From positions 4,704,001 to 4,768,000 of the forward strand of contig OZ242180.1 of the NCBI GenBank assembly GCA_965205485.1: 64,000 nt of DNA, written 5' to 3'. Source of the DNA: Candidatus Latescibacterota bacterium (GTDB taxonomy: Bacteria; Latescibacterota; UBA2968; GCA-2709665). Made by a program: the position numbers and the translations under genes. Shown here in pieces: positions 18,016-27,881 of the stretch (position 1 is the stretch's first letter; each line of letters begins with the position of its first letter). Below the pieces are notes generated by a model, which made no database searches, had not been told where the DNA came from, and saw nothing but the letters and a program-made list of their open reading frames with translations.

Positions 18016-18201
18016 TCAGCTCATTCCAAACCTGCGAACCAGCGAAAGCACGAAATCTACGGCGAAAATAAACACCGAAAGGACCAGCGAAACCACCAGC
18101 ACAATCGTCGTGGAAGCGATCAGCTCGTCCCGGGTCGGCCAGGTGACCTTGCCCATTTCAAGCTGCACGTCCTTAATGAACTGCGCGACTTTCGCGAACA
18201 T
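18016..18201 (-). CDS. secE: Preprotein translocase subunit SecE
   Basis: EMGKVTWPTRDEL followed by a TM helix; lies between tRNA-Trp and nusG. Confidence 0.95.
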   Translation of the reverse strand: MFAKVAQFIKDVQLEMGKVTWPTRDELIASTTIVLVVSLVLSVFIFAVDFVLSLVRRFGMS

Positions 18202-18363
18202 CGGGTATACCGCCAGGGAAACGCCCCAACACCGGCAGCGGCCCGGGAATGAGCAGCCGGGTGCCGAATGGACGCGGGTTGATGGGGATTCGCAAAAGAA
18301 ACCCGGGTCCTGTAGGTGCTTGCGGAACTCGGGTGCGGGCCAGGTGGCTGTTTCGGAGGATAA

Positions 18364-18439
18364 TGGCAGGGCAGGCAGGAATCGAACCCGCAACCGCCGG
18401 TTTTGGAGACCGGTGCTCTACCAATTGAGCTACTGCCCT
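18364..18439 (-). tRNA. tRNA-Trp (CCA)
   Basis: AGGGCAGTAGCTCAATTGG...CCGGT-CT-CCA-AA-ACCGG...GGTTCGATTCC...CCA, 76 nt. Confidence 0.97.
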
Positions 18440-18445
18440 AACCCC

Positions 18446-18608
18446 AACAGTCCGTTGATAAAGTCGCTCTGCATGCGAGGCCGAGGTATTGTGGCCGAAG
18501 ACAAGGCGCGCGACGGAGTCCCATCCTGCGATCCGGCGAGGGAGCGCAACGCAGTATTCGACCGCAAGGGCCGGCCGCAGCCCGGATGGGCTTTTTCAAC
18601 GGGCTGCT
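18446..18608. mobile_element. MITE-like palindromic element, family C
   Basis: TIR AACAGTCCGTTGATAAAG / CTTTTTCAACGGGCTGCT, nested hairpins; between rpmG and tRNA-Trp. Confidence 0.7.
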
Positions 18609-18632
18609 TAATTCAGCAGTGAACCCTGAAAT

Positions 18633-18785
18633 TCAGCGAGTCTCCCGGTGCAGGGTATGCTTACGACAGAACCTGCAGTATTTCTTGAACTCGACGCGGT
18701 CCGGGTGCAGACGCCGATTCTTGTTCGTCGTATAGTTACGGCGTGCGCAGTCGGCGCAGGCCAATGTAATCAGATCTCTGGGCAT
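18633..18785 (-). CDS. rpmG: 50S ribosomal protein L33, Zn-binding form (absent from the ORF track)
   Basis: Hand translation [50 protein letters not shown], two CxxC motifs. Confidence 0.97.
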   Translation of the reverse strand: MPRDLITLACADCARRNYTTNKNRRLHPDRVEFKKYCRFCRKHTLHRETR

Positions 18786-18807
18786 CGGTGGTGCCGGGAC
18801 GCAATTC

Positions 18808-18883
18808 TGGAGCCCACGACCGGACTTGAACCGGTGACCTCCTCCTTACCAAGGAGGTGCTCTACCGACTGAGCTACATGGGC
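18808..18883 (-). tRNA. tRNA-Thr (GGT)
   Basis: GCCCATGTAGCTCAGTCGG...CTCCT-TGGTAA-GGAG...GGTTCAAGTCC...CCA. Confidence 0.97.
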
Positions 18884-18937
18884 CATGATCCTGTCTGGAC
18901 GGCTGAAAAAGGGCCGATCAGACAGCGCGAAAGGTTT

Positions 18938-19014
18938 TGGAGCGGGAAACGGGACTCGAACCCGCGACATTCAGCTTGGAAGGCTGACGCTCTAGCCAAC
19001 TGAGCTATTCCCGC
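18938..19014 (-). tRNA. tRNA-Gly (TCC)
   Basis: GCGGGAATAGCTCAGTTGG...CAGCC-TTCCAA-GCTG...GGTTCGAGTCC...CCA. Confidence 0.97.
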
Positions 19015-19086
19015 AAATCACAGGAAACGGCCCCCATCTGAGCTGGGTACATACCACGGCCATCCCTGAAAGTTTCCAGACTTAGG

Positions 19087-19115
19087 AAGCTATAATATAT
19101 AGGCAAGGATGTCAA
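19087..19115 (-). promoter_or_regulatory. Sigma70 promoter upstream of tRNA-Gly
   Basis: TTGACA-N17-TAGCTT with an A-rich upstream tract. Confidence 0.7.
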
Positions 19116-19245
19116 GTGTTTTATCAAAAAACAGCGCTCACAAAATCGAGAAAAACATCCACATCTCCCGATGACACACTCAGAAACCGCTCGGCCTCGC
19201 GGCGTGCGGTCGTTTACGTACATACGACAAAACCCCTCCGGTTTA

Positions 19246-19430
19246 GAAGTTGTATTAAAATTCCAGGTGAGTCCCGAGTGCGAGCGAAAATGTATCGGTC
19301 AAGGCGGGCAAATTTGCCTAAGAGAGGCGAGCAAGCGCAACCCCGACCTCTCGAAACGGGTGGATTTGCCCAATGCAGACCGACGCTTTTGCAGCCACAC
19401 GAAGACCGCTGGGGGTTTTAAGACAGCTTC
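19246..19430. mobile_element. MITE family A, long form (185 bp)
   Basis: TIR GAAGTTGTATTAAAA / TTTTAAGACAGCTTC, TTA on both flanks; homologous copies at 30833, 38215 and 57994. Confidence 0.85.
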
Positions 19431-19456
19431 TTAGGAGGGGCTCGGAGCCCGGGACT

Positions 19457-19542
19457 TGGTGGGGAGGGGCGGATTCGAACCACCGAAGGCGTCAGCCAAC
19501 AGATTTACAGTCTGCCCCCGTTGACCGCTTGGGTACCTCCCC
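19457..19542 (-). tRNA. tRNA-Tyr (GTA)
   Basis: GGGGAGGTACCCAAGCGG...GCAGA-CT-GTA-AA-TCTGT, long variable arm, CCA end. Confidence 0.97.
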
Positions 19543-19566
19543 ACTCAGGATGAAATCAGGGCGGAA

Positions 19567-19595
19567 ATAATACATGTGGGCGCCTGGAAAGTCAA
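19567..19595 (-). promoter_or_regulatory. Sigma70 promoter for tRNA-Tyr
   Basis: TTGACT-N17-TATTAT. Confidence 0.7.
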
Positions 19596-19617
19596 GCGGA
19601 AAAGTGCGAATTGCCGT

Positions 19618-19646
19618 TTGACATCCCCGGAACGAATGCGTATTTT
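19618..19646 (+). promoter_or_regulatory. Divergent sigma70 promoter for the isomerase gene
   Basis: TTGACA-N17-TATTTT. Confidence 0.65.
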
Positions 19647-19808
19647 GGCACTTCCGTCCAGTCGGCGCCCGCGCATTCGGGGCAACCCCGACGGACACCT
19701 TCCCCGTGTGTGCCGACGGGTAGAAATCGGCGATCTGCTTCCGTATCCCGAATCGCCACCCTCGCGATTCGGAACCCACTTGCGGCAGGAGAGAAAGGAG
19801 TCCCTGTT

Positions 19809-20723
19809 GTGACCGAACCCATTCAGAACTACGCTCGCATCGGCATCGTCCACTTTATGGCCTACAAATCCTGCATCGGGGGTGAAGGACCGATTCTTGA
19901 AACGCTTGAGAGAATCGCGCTGGACCCGTATTTCCAGGCTGTGGAAGTCACGCACATGAAGGACGAAGCCGTACGCGCCGGTGCCGCCGAATTGCTCGCG
20001 GCCGCGCACATGGACGTGGCCTTCGGCGCCCAACCCATCCTTCTTGGAGGCAATCTGGATATCAACGCCAACGACGAGGACCACAGGCTCGGCGCCGTAG
20101 ACGCGGTCAAGGCCGGGATCGAGCAGGCCGAAGCGCTGGGCGCCCCGGGGGTAGCGTTGCTTTCCGGCACGGATCCCGGTCCCGGAGCCCGCGAGCGGGG
20201 CGTGGACCTGCTGGTCGACTCACTCTATCGGCTTTGCGATGACGCGGCAGGCAGGAACATGAACGTGGTATTGGAGACGTTCGACCGTGTCCCCTTTGGC
20301 AAGAATTGTCTCGTAGGCCCGAATGCACTGGCGGTCGAAGTGTCTTCGAGGATCAGGCGGGAATATTCCAACTTCGGATTGATGCTCGATCTGAGTCATT
20401 TCCCCCTTCAGGGTGAAAGCTCGGAATATGCACTGAGAATTGCTCGGGACCATCTGGTACACGCCCATATCGGCAACTGCGTGATGCGGAATCCCGATCA
20501 TCCGGCCTACGGTGACAACCACCCCCGGTTCGGTTGCGAAGACGGCGAGAACGACGTACCGGAAGCCGTGGAATTCCTCAGCGAACTCCTCGACATCGGA
20601 TTCCTGGATCCGGACAGGCGCCCCATTCTGAGCTTCGAAGTCTCTCCGATGGAAGGAGAGTCGCCCGAAATCGTCATCGCCAACGCGAAACGGGTACTCG
20701 ATACGGCGTGGGCGCAGGTCTGA
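19809..20723 (+). CDS. Sugar phosphate isomerase/epimerase (xylose isomerase-like TIM barrel)
   Basis: GTG start after AAGGAG; metal ligands VLETFD, LDLSH, HAHIGN, SFEV. Confidence 0.8.
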   Translation: MTEPIQNYARIGIVHFMAYKSCIGGEGPILETLERIALDPYFQAVEVTHMKDEAVRAGAAELLAAAHMDVAFGAQPILLGGNLDINANDEDHRLGAVDAVKAGIEQAEALGAPGVALLSGTDPGPGARERGVDLLVDSLYRLCDDAAGRNMNVVLETFDRVPFGKNCLVGPNALAVEVSSRIRREYSNFGLMLDLSHFPLQGESSEYALRIARDHLVHAHIGNCVMRNPDHPAYGDNHPRFGCEDGENDVPEAVEFLSELLDIGFLDPDRRPILSFEVSPMEGESPEIVIANAKRVLDTAWAQV

Positions 20724-20725
20724 TC

Positions 20726-21484
20726 TCATCCAGCGCCCCGGGAATCCGCAGCCCGGATCCCGATCAGCCATCCGAATACCCATGCAAACACGACCATCAG
20801 ATAAAACGAGCCGATTGACCCGACGAACATGGCCACCGGCGGTACCGCGCCCAATATCAGATTCACGAGGAGGAGCAGCCCGAAGCAGAGATAGAACCCC
20901 AGACACGCCTGCGTGTACCTCCCCCCGCGAACCGCCCGCCCCAGATCCGAAAGGATCGCTCCCGGATCGAACGAGGCCCAGATCTTGCGCTCGGCCGCGA
21001 ACCGCGCGAAGACGATGGGCAGCAGCCCGTAGAGCATCATCGCGGCGCCGATCGCCAGCAACGTCACCGCGCTCAGCCGGGTGGGGTCGTCACCGGGAGG
21101 AAACAGGCCGAAAACAGCCATTGCGGCGAGCGCCCCAAGACCGACCAGGAACAGATATCCGAGATAGATCACACCAAGGCGGACCCCCACGGCAGCGTAC
21201 TGCAGCCAGTCGCTCCACTCGGGCAGGCGACGGAATTCAAGGCCGTTCAACGCGTCGACGAAGACACGATAGACATATCCCCAGGTAACAACCGTCGGCA
21301 GCACGAAGAAAACAACCGCGACCGGCGCGAGCATTTTGGAGACTTTTCCCAATGCCATAAAGACGGCGAGCAGCAGCGCCAGATTCGGCAGCAGGGACAG
21401 CAACCCGCCCACCAGCACCTTCTGCCGCCAGCGCTCATCCTGCAGAGGCGCGCGCAGCGCGAATGCAAGAAACGGACCGAACAT
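20726..21484 (-). CDS. DUF4013-like membrane protein
   Basis: KVLVGGLL, GYVYRV, LPEWSDW; several TM helices. Confidence 0.65.
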   Translation of the reverse strand: MFGPFLAFALRAPLQDERWRQKVLVGGLLSLLPNLALLLAVFMALGKVSKMLAPVAVVFFVLPTVVTWGYVYRVFVDALNGLEFRRLPEWSDWLQYAAVGVRLGVIYLGYLFLVGLGALAAMAVFGLFPPGDDPTRLSAVTLLAIGAAMMLYGLLPIVFARFAAERKIWASFDPGAILSDLGRAVRGGRYTQACLGFYLCFGLLLLVNLILGAVPPVAMFVGSIGSFYLMVVFAWVFGWLIGIRAADSRGAG

Positions 21485-21526
21485 ACGCCACGACGCGAAG
21501 CGAATCGCGTCCCCAATCCTCCTTTA

Positions 21527-21551
21527 GAAGCTGTTTTAAAATTGCAGCTTC
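21527..21551. repeat. Collapsed MITE family A remnant (two ends only), possibly acting as a terminator
   Basis: GAAGCTGTTTTAAAATTGCAGCTTC, 6 nt downstream of the CGS stop. Confidence 0.6.
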
Positions 21552-21557
21552 TTTAGT

Positions 21558-22751
21558 TTATAGCGCCTCGAGCGCCCTTTCCACGTCGCCGATCAGGTCT
21601 TCCGCGTCCTCGACCCCCACGGAATAGCGTACGAGTTCGTCGCTGATCCCAATGGCGATCCGGTCCTCGCGTTCCATTTCGTAGTAGGAAATGGTTGACG
21701 GATGAGAGACGATGCTCTCCACCCCGCCCAGGCTTGCGCCAATACAGGGTATTTCCAGGCTATCGAGGAACGCCATGGTTCCGGCCAGATCGGCGTCAAG
21801 ATCGAAACTCACCACGCCTCCGTACCCGTTCATCTGCTCCCGCGCAACCCGGTGGTGCGGGTGGCTCTCCAGACCGGGATAGTAGACCTGGCGCACCCCG
21901 GGTCTCCCTTCCAGAAAACGGGCAAGCGCCAGCGCGGTCTCGTTCTGACGCGCCATTCTCAACGGGAATGTCTTGATCCCCCTGATCAGCAGATACGCGC
22001 AATGGGGGTCGATAACCCCTCCCAGGATACCGCGATAGTCCTTAATGGCCGATACCAGCGGCTCAGGTCCAGCAACGGCGCCCGCGATAAGGTCGTTATG
22101 CCCCCCCAGATACTTGGTCGCGCTGTGAATGACCAGATCGACGCCGAATTCGAGGGGACGCTGGTTGAACGGTGTAGCAAACGTACTGTCAATAACGACT
22201 TTCGCACGGTTCGCCCTGGCGACGGCGACCACCTTTTCGAGATCCATCACATTCAGATGCGGGTTGGTCGGCGACTCCGCAATCACCACTCTCGTATTCT
22301 CCTGCATGGCCGACTCCAGCCTTCCATAGTCGCCTGCGGGAACGAAGGTGGTGGCGATGCCGAACTTCTTCAGCATCTGCTCGCAGAACTGCGCGGTCTT
22401 CCGATAACAGTCGTCTGTGATCACGGCGTGGTACCCCGAGGACAGCATGCCCAACAGGGTCGTCGTCACGGCGCTCATCCCGGACGAAAACAACAGCGCC
22501 GAATCCGCACCCTCGAGTTCGGCCAGTTTTCGTTCGGCAATCTGTTGCGTCGGGTTTCCGTAGCGCCCGTAATCGAGTCGGGCCGAACGCCCCGACACGA
22601 AATCGTCAACCGCCGCGGTGTTCTCGAACACGTAGGTGGACGTCTGCGCGATCGGAACCGTAAGGGAGTGCCCCCAATGCCCTCCGCCTTCCCCCGCGTG
22701 GACGGCACGGGTGGAACTGCAGGCGCCGTCCGACGATGGCTTCTTGTCCAT
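21558..22751 (-). CDS. metB: Cystathionine gamma-synthase, plant-type (Cys/Met metabolism PLP enzyme)
   Basis: YGRYGNPT, DCYRKT, ESPTNP, HSATKYLGGHND (PLP lysine), SLGGVES. Confidence 0.85.
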   Translation of the reverse strand: MDKKPSSDGACSSTRAVHAGEGGGHWGHSLTVPIAQTSTYVFENTAAVDDFVSGRSARLDYGRYGNPTQQIAERKLAELEGADSALLFSSGMSAVTTTLLGMLSSGYHAVITDDCYRKTAQFCEQMLKKFGIATTFVPAGDYGRLESAMQENTRVVIAESPTNPHLNVMDLEKVVAVARANRAKVVIDSTFATPFNQRPLEFGVDLVIHSATKYLGGHNDLIAGAVAGPEPLVSAIKDYRGILGGVIDPHCAYLLIRGIKTFPLRMARQNETALALARFLEGRPGVRQVYYPGLESHPHHRVAREQMNGYGGVVSFDLDADLAGTMAFLDSLEIPCIGASLGGVESIVSHPSTISYYEMEREDRIAIGISDELVRYSVGVEDAEDLIGDVERALEAL

Positions 22752-22933
22752 CGCATCCTCCGGAAAGGACAAAAAAAAACTGAAGCCAAAAAGCCCCAGA
22801 GAACCTGAATACGCAACCAGCTATCGTATGGGTGATCAGCTTTTTAGCGATTTCTTTATAGTGGCTGCAATATGCCTCAAATCACCACTACACTGAATCT
22901 GATCCATCAATTTAACCAAATCCGTCGCCGCTG

Positions 22934-24280
22934 TCAACCACCGTTCAGATCGAGCGTCCGAAAGATCCGGTCCCGGACCGGACCGTATTCCGCCGGCAGC
23001 TGCAAGGGCAGGTTCGCATGGTTCGGGTCCACGTCGAATGCCCCGAGTTCGGCCTGGTGGTACCTGATCTTGAAATCGGCGAACTTCAATCCGTGGGCGG
23101 TGGAAATCACCACAACACGCTCGTCTCTCCGGATGACGCCGCGGTCCACCAGTTTGAAGAGCGCGGCAAAGGCCACGCCCGTGTGCGGGCACGAAAACAG
23201 ACCCGTTCGATCCGCCCGCGCCGCCGCGTCCGCCAGTTCCTGATCGGTGGCCTGCTCCACGACGCCACCGATGTTCTTGAGGGTCCTGATCGCCTTTTCG
23301 GTACTGACCGGATCTCCAATCTGGATGGCGCTGGCCAGAGTCGATTGCGCCTCGAGAGGTTCAAACGTGTCGAAATCGTTGAGAAAGCTGCGGTAAAGCG
23401 GATTTGCCCTGGCGCTCTGAGCAACCGCGATTCGGGGCACGCGGTCGACAAGGCCCATCTCCTTCAACTCGCTGAAGCCCTTTCCCAGCGCGCTGACGTT
23501 GCCCAGGTTTCCCCCGGGAATCACGATCCATTGCGGCAGTTCCCAGTCGAACTGCTGCAACAACTCCACGCTGACGGTCTTCTGCCCTTCGACACGAAGT
23601 GAATTCATCGAATTGGCAAGGTAGATGTTCTCCCTGTGGCAAATCTCCTGAACCAGCTTCATGCACCCGTCGAAGTCCGTATCCAGACTCAATACCAGCG
23701 CCCCGTTGGCCATCGGCTGCACGAGCTGGGCCGTAGAAACTTTGTCCCGAGGCAGAAACACGACCGCCTGTATGCCGGCATGCGCGCAGTAGGCCGCCAG
23801 AGCCGCCGAGGTGTCCCCGGTCGAGGCACACGCGGCGGCGGGGATGCGCTGCCCTTCGGAGACCATTTGCCGTACCATCGACACCAGCACCGTCATGCCC
23901 AGATCCTTGAACGAACCGGTGTGACTGTTTCCACATTGCTTGACCCACAGGTCCTCGACTCCGATCTCCCGGCCGAGACGCTCGGCCCAGAACAGATTGC
24001 TCCCCCCTTCGTACATCGACACGACGTTGTCGTCGTCCACAACGGGACACACCATTTCCTTCTTGCCCCATACCGAACTGCCGTACGGCCATTCCGTGCG
24101 CATATACCTCCGATCGAACAGGCGACGCCAGCTATCGGGTGATCGGTTGCGAAGCGCTTCCACGTCGTGGCGCACCTCGAGCAGACCGCCGCACTTCGGA
24201 CACGCGTAGATGATCTGCGTCAGGGGATAACGGCCGCTGCAACCCTTGAAACATCGAAACCAGGCCTTGAACGACGTCAC
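22934..24280 (-). CDS. thrC: Threonine synthase, plant-type
   Basis: [50 protein letters not shown] start inferred. Confidence 0.92.
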   Translation of the reverse strand: MTSFKAWFRCFKGCSGRYPLTQIIYACPKCGGLLEVRHDVEALRNRSPDSWRRLFDRRYMRTEWPYGSSVWGKKEMVCPVVDDDNVVSMYEGGSNLFWAERLGREIGVEDLWVKQCGNSHTGSFKDLGMTVLVSMVRQMVSEGQRIPAAACASTGDTSAALAAYCAHAGIQAVVFLPRDKVSTAQLVQPMANGALVLSLDTDFDGCMKLVQEICHRENIYLANSMNSLRVEGQKTVSVELLQQFDWELPQWIVIPGGNLGNVSALGKGFSELKEMGLVDRVPRIAVAQSARANPLYRSFLNDFDTFEPLEAQSTLASAIQIGDPVSTEKAIRTLKNIGGVVEQATDQELADAAARADRTGLFSCPHTGVAFAALFKLVDRGVIRRDERVVVISTAHGLKFADFKIRYHQAELGAFDVDPNHANLPLQLPAEYGPVRDRIFRTLDLNGG

Positions 24281-24393
24281 GCCAACCCCCTGACCGCATG
24301 AGTCGCCGGCACGCACCGGGAAACAGGTCTTCTCTTTTCTTGACGACCGATAAGCCGCACGCCGCCCGCGTGTGCATTCCCGTCTTCCACGTC

Positions 24394-25221
24394 TCAGATG
24401 ATCTCCAGCGAATTTCCGGGCAACCACCCGCCAATGCCGTTTGGCAACCGCACCAGATACCAGCGTTCTTCGACCCGTTCAATCGTTACCTTCGTACCTT
24501 CATGGATCGTGAATACGAGCAGATAATCGTCGCCCGGCCCGCTTCGTCCCCGCACCTCGTCCGCAAGGACGATCGCTTCCGAAGCGGCGTTCTCGCTATA
24601 GATCCGGTTCGTCAGCAGCGCGACCGAACCGCACAACCCCATGCCCGCCAGCACCAGCAAACCGATCCACAACGAGCGACGAGAAGGCGCAAGAAGCCGG
24701 ATCACGCCGGCGAACGCAGCAAGGAACAGGCAGACGCTTCCGGACACGGCCAGCACATCAGCGCTCAGCAGGCGGTCGACGGACGACAGGATGCGGGTTG
24801 CGAGATTGACGTTGCCATCCGGACTTCTGTCGACCTTCAACGCGTTCACGAATCGAAGATTCGCCAGCACATCTTCATCATCCGGCATCAACCTGAGCGC
24901 CCGCTCATACGCGAGAATGGCCTGCCCCGTTTCCCCTGCCTTGAACCAGGCATTGCCAAGGTTGAAGAAGACGTAGCCGTTCCGCACGCCCCGTGAGACG
25001 ATTTCCTCGTACCGACCCGCCGCCTTTCTGAATTCACCCTGCCCGTAAAGGGCGTTCGCCTCGTTATAGATGCTCGCGCCGGTCCCGTCGCCGCAGACCG
25101 CGCCGGGGAACAGCAGAAATACCAGTACCGCCGGCATGGCCGAGCCTGCCAGAGGAACGGCGGAATCCAGAGCCCGGAAGACCCGCCGGACGCCGCCGGT
25201 CCGTGCGCGCCCGTCCCTCAT
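24394..25221 (-). CDS. BatE-like TPR + SH3 membrane protein
   Basis: [12 protein letters not shown]...AILAYERAL, two TMs, C-terminal SH3 (SGPGDDY, HEGTKV, GWL). Confidence 0.85.
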   Translation of the reverse strand: MRDGRARTGGVRRVFRALDSAVPLAGSAMPAVLVFLLFPGAVCGDGTGASIYNEANALYGQGEFRKAAGRYEEIVSRGVRNGYVFFNLGNAWFKAGETGQAILAYERALRLMPDDEDVLANLRFVNALKVDRSPDGNVNLATRILSSVDRLLSADVLAVSGSVCLFLAAFAGVIRLLAPSRRSLWIGLLVLAGMGLCGSVALLTNRIYSENAASEAIVLADEVRGRSGPGDDYLLVFTIHEGTKVTIERVEERWYLVRLPNGIGGWLPGNSLEII

Positions 25222-27050
25222 ATCCTGGCTCCCAGGGCGTCGATAAGCGCCGCCGCGGTGTTGTAGATTTCCTCCCGTTCCTTCTCGGGTATCCGGACCG
25301 AGGCGAAACGTGCGTAGTCGCAACGCAGGAACACATCCTGCACTTGCGAGACGATTGGATCAGGGACGTCCTGTACGCGAAGCGCCCGCGCGGCCGACTC
25401 GCGGGTCACGCCGGCAACCGGCAGGTTCAATCGGTCGGCCAGAAACTGCGCCAGGGCGCGGTCGATTTCGACGTAGAACGCCACGCCGTCTTTTTCCTGG
25501 AGTCGCTTTCGCGCCCGCGTGAGGCGTTTCCTGGCCTCCGGGCCCGAACGCCTTCTTCGGGCATAAGCCACGTCGCCGATGAGCCGGTCCCGGTGGCGCT
25601 TGTATGCAAATATGCCGAAAAAACCGAGGACGGGCACCAGCTGAACGGTCCAGAACCATGTGCTCCTGAAAATCGGCCTGGCGTGATCTTCCAGATGTCC
25701 GAGATCCGGCTTCAGATGACGAATATCCCGGCCGAGCATTTCGATCTCTCTCCGGCTCATCACCGCCCCGGAAGCGGCCTGCCGCCTGCCCTGGTTTACG
25801 TTCACCGAAACCACACGCGAACTCGCCGTCCGATATCGTTGTTTCTCAGGGTCGAAGTAAACCAGCAGAAAAGGACCGATCCTCGCGCTTCCGGCCCGGT
25901 TGGGAATCGCGACGTATTCGAACGTCTTTTCGCCGCCGATTCGTCCATCCGAGTTTCCGGTGCTTACGGTTGAATTCGGGTCGTAGAACTTGAACGCGTC
26001 CCCTTCTGGACGAATGGGTTCGCCCACGGCATTCAGATTACCCGTCCCTCGCACCTTTACCTTCACCGCGATCGGATCTCCCGTCCGGACGTCTGCGGGC
26101 GACGCCTCGACCGATACGTCGAACCGGCCCACCGCGCCGCTGAACCCGGCGGGGGCGCCCGCGGGCAGGGGGGAGACTTCGATCTTCACCTCTTCGGATC
26201 GCGCGCGCACTTCCCGGCCGGCGCCGAATCCGAAGAAATCATCCATATCGAACAGGTTTCTGCGACGCGTGCGCTCCTGAATCTGGCAGACCACTTCGAG
26301 CGCGTCAAGCGACTGTACTCCGGACGCGGTCGGAAACAACGCCATCGTCTTCAACAGCATCACGTCGAACTCGCGGCCGTTATGGACCTCGCGGTCAAAA
26401 CTGGCGCGCTGCGCGTCAAACAGGGTTTCCGACCAGAAACCGGTATAGGCGGGCAGGCGGCCGTAGCTGATATTGCGGAGTGTCCGGCGTGTGTAGAGCT
26501 TATACGTAACGGTCACCTGCTCTCCCACGTATACCTTTTTCTTATCTACCGTGGTTGCAACGAACAGGTCATCCTTCAATTCATCCACATCCGAATCGCC
26601 GGAGTTCTGTCCCGGCGCCGGCACCGGGCGCGTGCGCGGCGCCCCGCCGCGCTTCAGGACATTCACCCGAACCTTCGACGATTCGTGACGCCTACCCTCA
26701 TGCATCACGTGCGCCGGGCCGATCACGAAACTGCCCTCGCGCCTCGCCGTCACGGTGTATACGTATGAGTTGTTTCGCGTGGTTACGACCCGGCCGTTCG
26801 TAATGTTGAGTTCCTGGGTCGTATAGGACGAACGCCCGACAACGTCGAAGGCCTCCGGAACCGGCAGTTCCGGCGAGGGGACGTCTCCGCCGGCCGTTAA
26901 CGTTACCGTCAGCGTGACCTGTTCGCCCACCTCCACGCGCGTACGGTCCACCGACATGTGAAGACGCGGCGAATCGGCCAGCGCGACACCGCGCGAAACC
27001 AGGAGGACGAATAGACAGACACAGGCGGTCGCGCGTGACATTCCTACCAC
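25218..27050 (-). CDS. batD: BatD-like protein
   Basis: Signal peptide, VEVGEQVTL, YVGEQVTVTY, FSGAVGRF, C-terminal TM. Confidence 0.85.
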   Translation of the reverse strand: MVGMSRATACVCLFVLLVSRGVALADSPRLHMSVDRTRVEVGEQVTLTVTLTAGGDVPSPELPVPEAFDVVGRSSYTTQELNITNGRVVTTRNNSYVYTVTARREGSFVIGPAHVMHEGRRHESSKVRVNVLKRGGAPRTRPVPAPGQNSGDSDVDELKDDLFVATTVDKKKVYVGEQVTVTYKLYTRRTLRNISYGRLPAYTGFWSETLFDAQRASFDREVHNGREFDVMLLKTMALFPTASGVQSLDALEVVCQIQERTRRRNLFDMDDFFGFGAGREVRARSEEVKIEVSPLPAGAPAGFSGAVGRFDVSVEASPADVRTGDPIAVKVKVRGTGNLNAVGEPIRPEGDAFKFYDPNSTVSTGNSDGRIGGEKTFEYVAIPNRAGSARIGPFLLVYFDPEKQRYRTASSRVVSVNVNQGRRQAASGAVMSRREIEMLGRDIRHLKPDLGHLEDHARPIFRSTWFWTVQLVPVLGFFGIFAYKRHRDRLIGDVAYARRRRSGPEARKRLTRARKRLQEKDGVAFYVEIDRALAQFLADRLNLPVAGVTRESAARALRVQDVPDPIVSQVQDVFLRCDYARFASVRIPEKEREEIYNTAAALIDALGARI

Positions 27051-27850
27051 TCGTTACCCTTGTACCGTTTGCCGTAAACACGCAAACGGCGGTATTTCTG
27101 GGACTTCGTTTCCCTGTCTTTCATCGCGTCCAGCAGGCGTTCGGCCTCTTCCCGACTCAATGAACCGGCCGGTGACTCCGATAGCGACGACTGTTGACTC
27201 TTCTGCTGCCCGGCGGGGTCTTCCGGCTGCGGGCGCTGTCCATGGTCCGGATTCTCCCGGCCTTTCTGATTCGGATCACGATTGTCGCCGGCGTTTGGAT
27301 CGGGCTGTTCCCGATTCCCTTCGTCGTCCGGCTTATTTTCGTCCGGCTCATTGGCTTCTTCATTCTGCTCCTGATCACCCTCTTTATTTTCACCTTGCTC
27401 CTGTTCGCGCTCCTGATTCTTCTCCTGCTCCCGCATTTTTTCCAGGACCCATTCCAGATTCACCTTGGCGTCCAGGTCGTCCGGCCGCAAAGCCAGCGAC
27501 CGCTTGTAGGCTTCGGCCGCCTGCTGCAGGTTCTGCTGGCGGACGTGGACGTTGCCCACATTGTAATACGCCCTCGCGAGAAACGAGGGGTCCCTGCTCT
27601 TCAGCGCCTGTTCGAACTCCTGCAGGGCATCCTTATAGGCGTTCTTTTTGAAGTAAGCATCGCCCGCATTGAACCGAAGTTGCGGCGCCCCGGGATTCTC
27701 CACCTGGGCTTCGCGGTAGTATTCGAGCGCTTCCTCGAACCTGCCCTCGTGGAACATGCGGTTGCCCAGCCTGTTCTTGTCCGCCGCCGGGTCCAGAAAT
27801 GTGAAGCCGAGAAGCGGAACAACGACGAGTCCGATCAGATATCGATACAC
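27044..27850 (-). CDS. BatC-like TPR protein with Q/E-rich tail
   Basis: TPRs (YYNVGN, DAKVNLE), low-complexity Q/E linker, EAERLL...W C-terminus; start inferred. Confidence 0.8.
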   Translation of the reverse strand: MYRYLIGLVVVPLLGFTFLDPAADKNRLGNRMFHEGRFEEALEYYREAQVENPGAPQLRFNAGDAYFKKNAYKDALQEFEQALKSRDPSFLARAYYNVGNVHVRQQNLQQAAEAYKRSLALRPDDLDAKVNLEWVLEKMREQEKNQEREQEQGENKEGDQEQNEEANEPDENKPDDEGNREQPDPNAGDNRDPNQKGRENPDHGQRPQPEDPAGQQKSQQSSLSESPAGSLSREEAERLLDAMKDRETKSQKYRRLRVYGKRYKGNEW

Positions 27851-27881
27851 GGTGCACACTCCGGTAAATTCCGGGCCAGGG

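Noticed and set aside
22760..22930. SAM riboswitch or T-box upstream of CGS
   Set aside because: No recognisable conserved motifs
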